The translations under genes were made by a program, and so were the position numbers. A model generated the notes under the pieces. That model saw nothing but the letters and a program-made list of their open reading frames with translations, searched no databases and was not told the origin of the DNA. Below are positions 59,638 to 64,000 of a DNA stretch of 64,000 bases, piece by piece. Source of the DNA: Eutreptiella sp. 'Long Island Sound 2002' (lineage: Eukaryota > Protista > Euglenida); the NCBI GenBank assembly GCA_964036045.1, contig OZ038378.1, forward strand, positions 199,144,001-199,208,000, in the 5' to 3' direction. Positions within the stretch are counted from its first letter, which is position 1; every line of letters begins with the position of its first letter.

Positions 59638-61729
59638 GTACGTTCTTGTGTGGGTGTAGTGTGGTGTCCTGCATCTTTTGATCTACTATTTCTGAAGCAT
59701 TGGGTCTTGGCAAGGGCCTGCAATTTGCATCTTGAGTGGCCAGAAGTGAAGTTGATTGGAGCCCTGAAAGAAAGCTGAACCCCCCCCCACTCCCCTGAGG
59801 TCGCCACCTGGGTGGGTCGCTGTTTGGTTACCGGTCACCTGATGGCCTGAGGGCTCCCCAGCCCCATAAAATAGGGACCCCTGCTATGAATACAAAACAG
59901 GGGTCCGTGCCACATGGACCACATGACGGAGCGGAAAACCAGCGGAAAAAAAAACTGAACTGAAAAAATGGACAGAACATCACAGACAGGGGGGTCCTTG
60001 AGGAGTCCTTTTTCGCCTGATTTTTTCTCCTTACCAACCCCCCGTTCCCTGTTCCTAACCGCCAAACGGCGTTGTTGAACTGCTAACCCACGCCCATCCG
60101 TTACCAGTCCAGACACACAAATACTGGAAGCAGTTTCTTCCCCCCCCCCCTTTTTTCGCCCCCCCCCCCCCCCTTTAAGGACTGACTGACAGCTACTGAC
60201 TGTGATTGTCTGACTAACTGTAGTCAGACATGATGTTCTGTTTTCTGTTTTCAGACACAGTGTGTGTCTTGAGGTTCAACCAGGTTTGGCATAGAGAATA
60301 AAGATGCACTTATGCCTGACTGTGGAGTGCATTACCTCTGGTTTGCATTTGTCTGTTTTTTAATTAGGTCACCCCCCCCCTCTTTAAGGACCCCCCTGAC
60401 TCAGAGCAGGTCGAAAGAAAAATGCACAGCTTTCGGCACCTTCTGGTGTGCAATGTTTGGTGTCGCAGGGGTTACAAAAAATCACACCTCAAAATCATCG
60501 CCATGTTGTGTGGATCAATTTGAGGAACATGCGTTGGGGTCAAAGACATTTTTCTCTCGGTGTTGGCGATCGTTTACAGAACTGCTATGCGGGTGCCTTT
60601 CGCGCCAATGGTCATGCCAGGCCCGAGCCTGACTACCTTGGGCAAGAGAGGGGTTGGGGGCTGTGTTGAGTAACGGAGGAGTAAGGCACGGAGGGAGGGG
60701 GAGGGAGGGAGTGAGGGTGAGAGATAGGGAGGGTGGGGGGATCCAGGAAGGGAGGGAGGGTTGTGGTGAAAGGAGCGCAGTCCGTTGGACCCCAGCCCAA
60801 CATTCTCTCTTTTCCCCTCTCTTTGTATTCCCACAATGCGCCCATTCACTTGAGCCCATAATCTCCCCCCCCCCCCCTTTTAGTGGGAAGTCTGACGTCT
60901 CCTGCCTGCCAAATGGGGCGCGGTTCAAGGGGCCATGTGGGCAGAGCTGGTGCTTCCAATGAATACTTCCGCTGGTCTTTTCTGTTTATTGCACTTTCAT
61001 GTATTTCGAAGCGTTTGAGAGACATCCAGGCCAAACCGGGTCAGGGGTCCAGACAGAGGTGGCCATGAGGAGAGAAGCGCTGCCATGATGCTTCGACGGT
61101 GCAGGCCCTCGGGGCCACCCCAGCGGTACAGGCGATTCCGCTGGTGGGGGTTGTCGGCCCCAGGGGGATGTTGAGCGGCAGCAATGATCGGCCGTGTCTC
61201 CTCCTCCTCCTTTGAGCTGGAGCATTTTGCGTCACATTACGGAAGAGGAGCTTGGCTTTGTGTTGTACTACGCCTGGGATTCGCCAGGGCTCAGGTCATT
61301 GATCATGCACTGAAGCAGTGCTGCGCACTCAACTTTCGTGTCCCATGTCTTGTGCCCCACGCCTTCCAAACCTTTGCAGCTCCACCGGCTGCTGTGCACC
61401 GGCTGCTGGGCTTGTCATGCCCATTTGTCCTGCTCTCAGAAAAATCCCTGGACACACCCAAAGCGAAGTCAAACAAGTACGTGAAATATCTGCTCATGCT
61501 CTTGGACAACCGCGGCGTCAGGGCGGCCCGTGTGTGGAATCTGTTGCACCATGAGCCAGGAAAGTGCCCGGTTGACAGCCTCCAGAGCCATAAGGTATGG
61601 AACCGTGTCGTTTCAGCACAGCTGTCAGTAGGTGCCTGTTTGATTTGGCACCCTCTGCGCAAAGAATCCTGCTCGTAGCCACCGGTTGACATTAATAGGG
61701 CGAAGGGGGGGGGGGGAAGTTCGTGACGG

Positions 61730-62000
61730 AAGGGGCCAAACTGGGTTAAATTGGGCTCAAAATGGGCTAAAACCACTTGTTTGAGCATCCCCCAATGGTC
61801 CAGGATCACTTTTGGAAAAATACGTTTTTGACCGATTTTTTACCCATTGTTGCTCCCAAAACGGCCCATTTTCAAGGCATTTTGAGATTTGACATGGGCC
61901 AAAACGCGTCACCACGGGCTCAAAATGGGCTAAAAACACTTGTTTAAGCATCCGAAGTGGTCTAGGAACAACTTTGGAAAAAATGATTTTTTTCGCCCCG
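61730..62000. repeat. Two tandem units of about 165 bp within a larger non-coding repeat
   Basis: gggctcaaaatgggctaaaa(c/a)cacttgttt(g/a)agcatcc occurs at 61751 and 61917. Confidence 0.8.
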
Positions 62001-62686
62001 GGGACCCTAGTGGACCCACCGTTGGCCCCCACCGTGCGCGGGCCGGGCTGCCCTCCGGCTCCACCAAGTGACCACTAGTACAGGGGTCTAGGCGTCCCGT
62101 TGGGCGATTCCGAGGGTTGGAAACCACAAAAAGTGGGGGGTTGCGCGTGGACTAGGTGCCTTCGGAATTCGGTTTTGAGCCACGTAGCCCAAGACACGGT
62201 CTGTTATTGGTTTTGGGGCTGTTTGACACTGCAGCGCACATTCGGCCCTTTTTAGCCATTTTTGGGCCGTTTCTCGGACATATCGTGGAGTTAGAGGGCA
62301 AGAAAGAGCTCTTTGTCATGGGGCAATCAAGGCGCACGTGGAGTGTAGCAACCGTTTCCCTTCGTTTGGTCGTTTTTACTAGGTTTCGGGACTGTTTTGG
62401 GCCAAAAAAGGCTGTTTTGCGTCACAAAATGCGCAATTTTGGGAGGGCACCTCCCGACTTGGCGCCCCCGCTCCGGGGCGCCACCGGTGAGTTTTTGGCT
62501 CAAAAACTTGGATTCCGCAAGGCCACCACCTAGGGGATGGCTAGATTAGGGAAGGATCCGAGACGGTGGAACGGAGTAACAACCAAAACGGAGGCGTGGC
62601 GTGCTTGCTTGTTGTTAGCTAGATTTAAGAGGAGAGGGGTGTAATAATAAATACTAGTGTTTTCGCGGGGGGGGGGGGGGAGGGGG

Positions 62687-63877
62687 GGCTATTCCGTCCA
62701 CTATTGGGGGTTTCAACTTTTTGGCCGTGTACCTCCGAGTGACCACATATTTGATATGGCATGTGATACCTTTTCGGAAAGTGCGTGGAAAGGGCTTTCT
62801 AAAGCTTTTTTCGGTTTGGTCTAACTCACCGATATGTTGAAATGCCAGGCCGAACGAAAAAACTTTTTGGGTCTGGACGCCCCTTTTTGCTGCTCAGCCA
62901 GCAGACTGCACACCTGCACTGGTTAGGCTGTCCGCTGCATTCTCCCAATTTTTAACACAAACTCATCCTTTCCAAGTAAGAGACATGCAATGGGGCTACA
63001 AATCAAGAGACATGCAATGGGGCTACAAATAACCTTTTTGCAATGGGAGTGTTATTGCAAGGTCACCGTGCCCGTCTCCCATTGGCCACAAAAGCCGACA
63101 TTGGGGCAAGAGTAACTGGTGCCGTGCAAGCATAACTTGCACCAACAAGGGTACCTCCGCCGCTCCAAATGACCTGCCCTACCCGTGGACCGCCAATGAT
63201 AGTGCTTCTTGGTCCCTGGGATGGTCTTGGCGGGCTTCACTTCAGGCAAATCCTGTTTCATGTGTACGAAGCGATATTGTGTAAACTTACTATAGGTGCC
63301 CCGAACGGGCCGGTTTTTTCGTGACCTTGGACAGTTCTGCCATTTCCATGGCGGCCTTGATGTTTTCCACGATGGTGTCCTGCACCTGCCCACCTGAATT
63401 TTTGGGGAAAACGGTGGTCATCGCCCTCTCCAAACCTTCTGGAGCCAAAAGCCCCTCCCCATTGGCCGCATTGATGACAACGGAGACCACAGCACGTGTT
63501 GCCCTCCAATTCGCTTGCTCATCAAGGTCTCCTTGTTGCCCATGCGGCAAAGTTGATTGGAGGCCGGAAATAGCGGCCTCCTTCTCCTCTTTCCCGTATG
63601 CAAATGCAATTTCTTGCACATTGATCCGCCTTTTTTTGGCGGGGGACGCTTGGGGGGTACCCCTTCCTTGGACTTGGGGAAAACGGGGCGCTGTGCTGCC
63701 GTTGGTCGAAAACATGGCCAAAAACACAAAAAATTGAGAATTCTGCAAAGAGGGCGTGAGGACAAGCTCCGAAACCTTGAAAAATGGATTCCCCACCCTC
63801 AAAATGGGGGGGGTCCCCTCACCTCACAACACCCCAATCTCCGGACTGCACACCGCTAGTGGACGGTTTTGGGAGCC
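62687..63877 (-). mobile_element. DNA transposon deletion derivative with transposase N- and C-terminal relics
   Basis: Imperfect TIR GGCT..CCGTCCACTA/TAGTGGACGG..AGCC between poly-G and poly-C tracts. ORF 63290-63802 is followed by the frameshifted GTKKHYHWR...RRYPCWCKLC...CPNVGFCGQW. Confidence 0.55.
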
Positions 63878-64000
63878 CCCCCCCCCCCCCGCAAAAACAC
63901 CCATATATACCGATACCCCCCCCCCCCCTGAAAAGATTGGGCCAAATTTTCTTCCGGGCCTTCGGCCAATGAAAAAATTTCTCTGGCGCCAATTAGTTTA

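Noticed and set aside
61184-61809. Protein assignment for overlapping 164-aa (+) and 168-aa (-) ORFs
   Set aside because: Both strands look plausible and neither has a recognisable motif, so the strand and product cannot be supported.

Overview
This is eukaryotic, intron-rich and repeat-rich DNA with no bacterial operon, rRNA or CRISPR signal. Short GT-AG exons, abundant poly-G/C tracts, AG acceptors just upstream of ATGs and a light-harvesting-complex (LHC) relic suggest a photosynthetic euglenid, possibly Eutreptiella-like; this is inference only. Main contents: (1) 0-17 kb holds degenerate LTR-retroelement relics, pseudogenised exons (PHD finger, chromo/Zn-like ORF), MITEs and microsatellites. 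(2) 17.3-26.5 kb is a head-to-tail cluster of three related minus-strand non-LTR retroelement copies, all abutting one target motif. It includes an RT pseudogene, coding minisatellites and a nested PIF/Harbinger-like transposon. (3) 28-38 kb holds MITE/foldback elements and scattered host exons, including a Dpy-30/RIIa-type docking motif. (4) 39.6-41 kb is a small membrane-protein gene. (5) 41.9-59.6 kb is a largely phase-consistent 12-exon gene for a multi-pass membrane protein with an NPP/alkaline-phosphatase-fold ectodomain that has lost 5 of 6 metal ligands. One of its introns carries a near-identical inverted copy of one of its own exons. (6) 62.7-63.9 kb is a DNA-transposon derivative. 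Exon and element boundaries were read by eye and may be off by a few bases.
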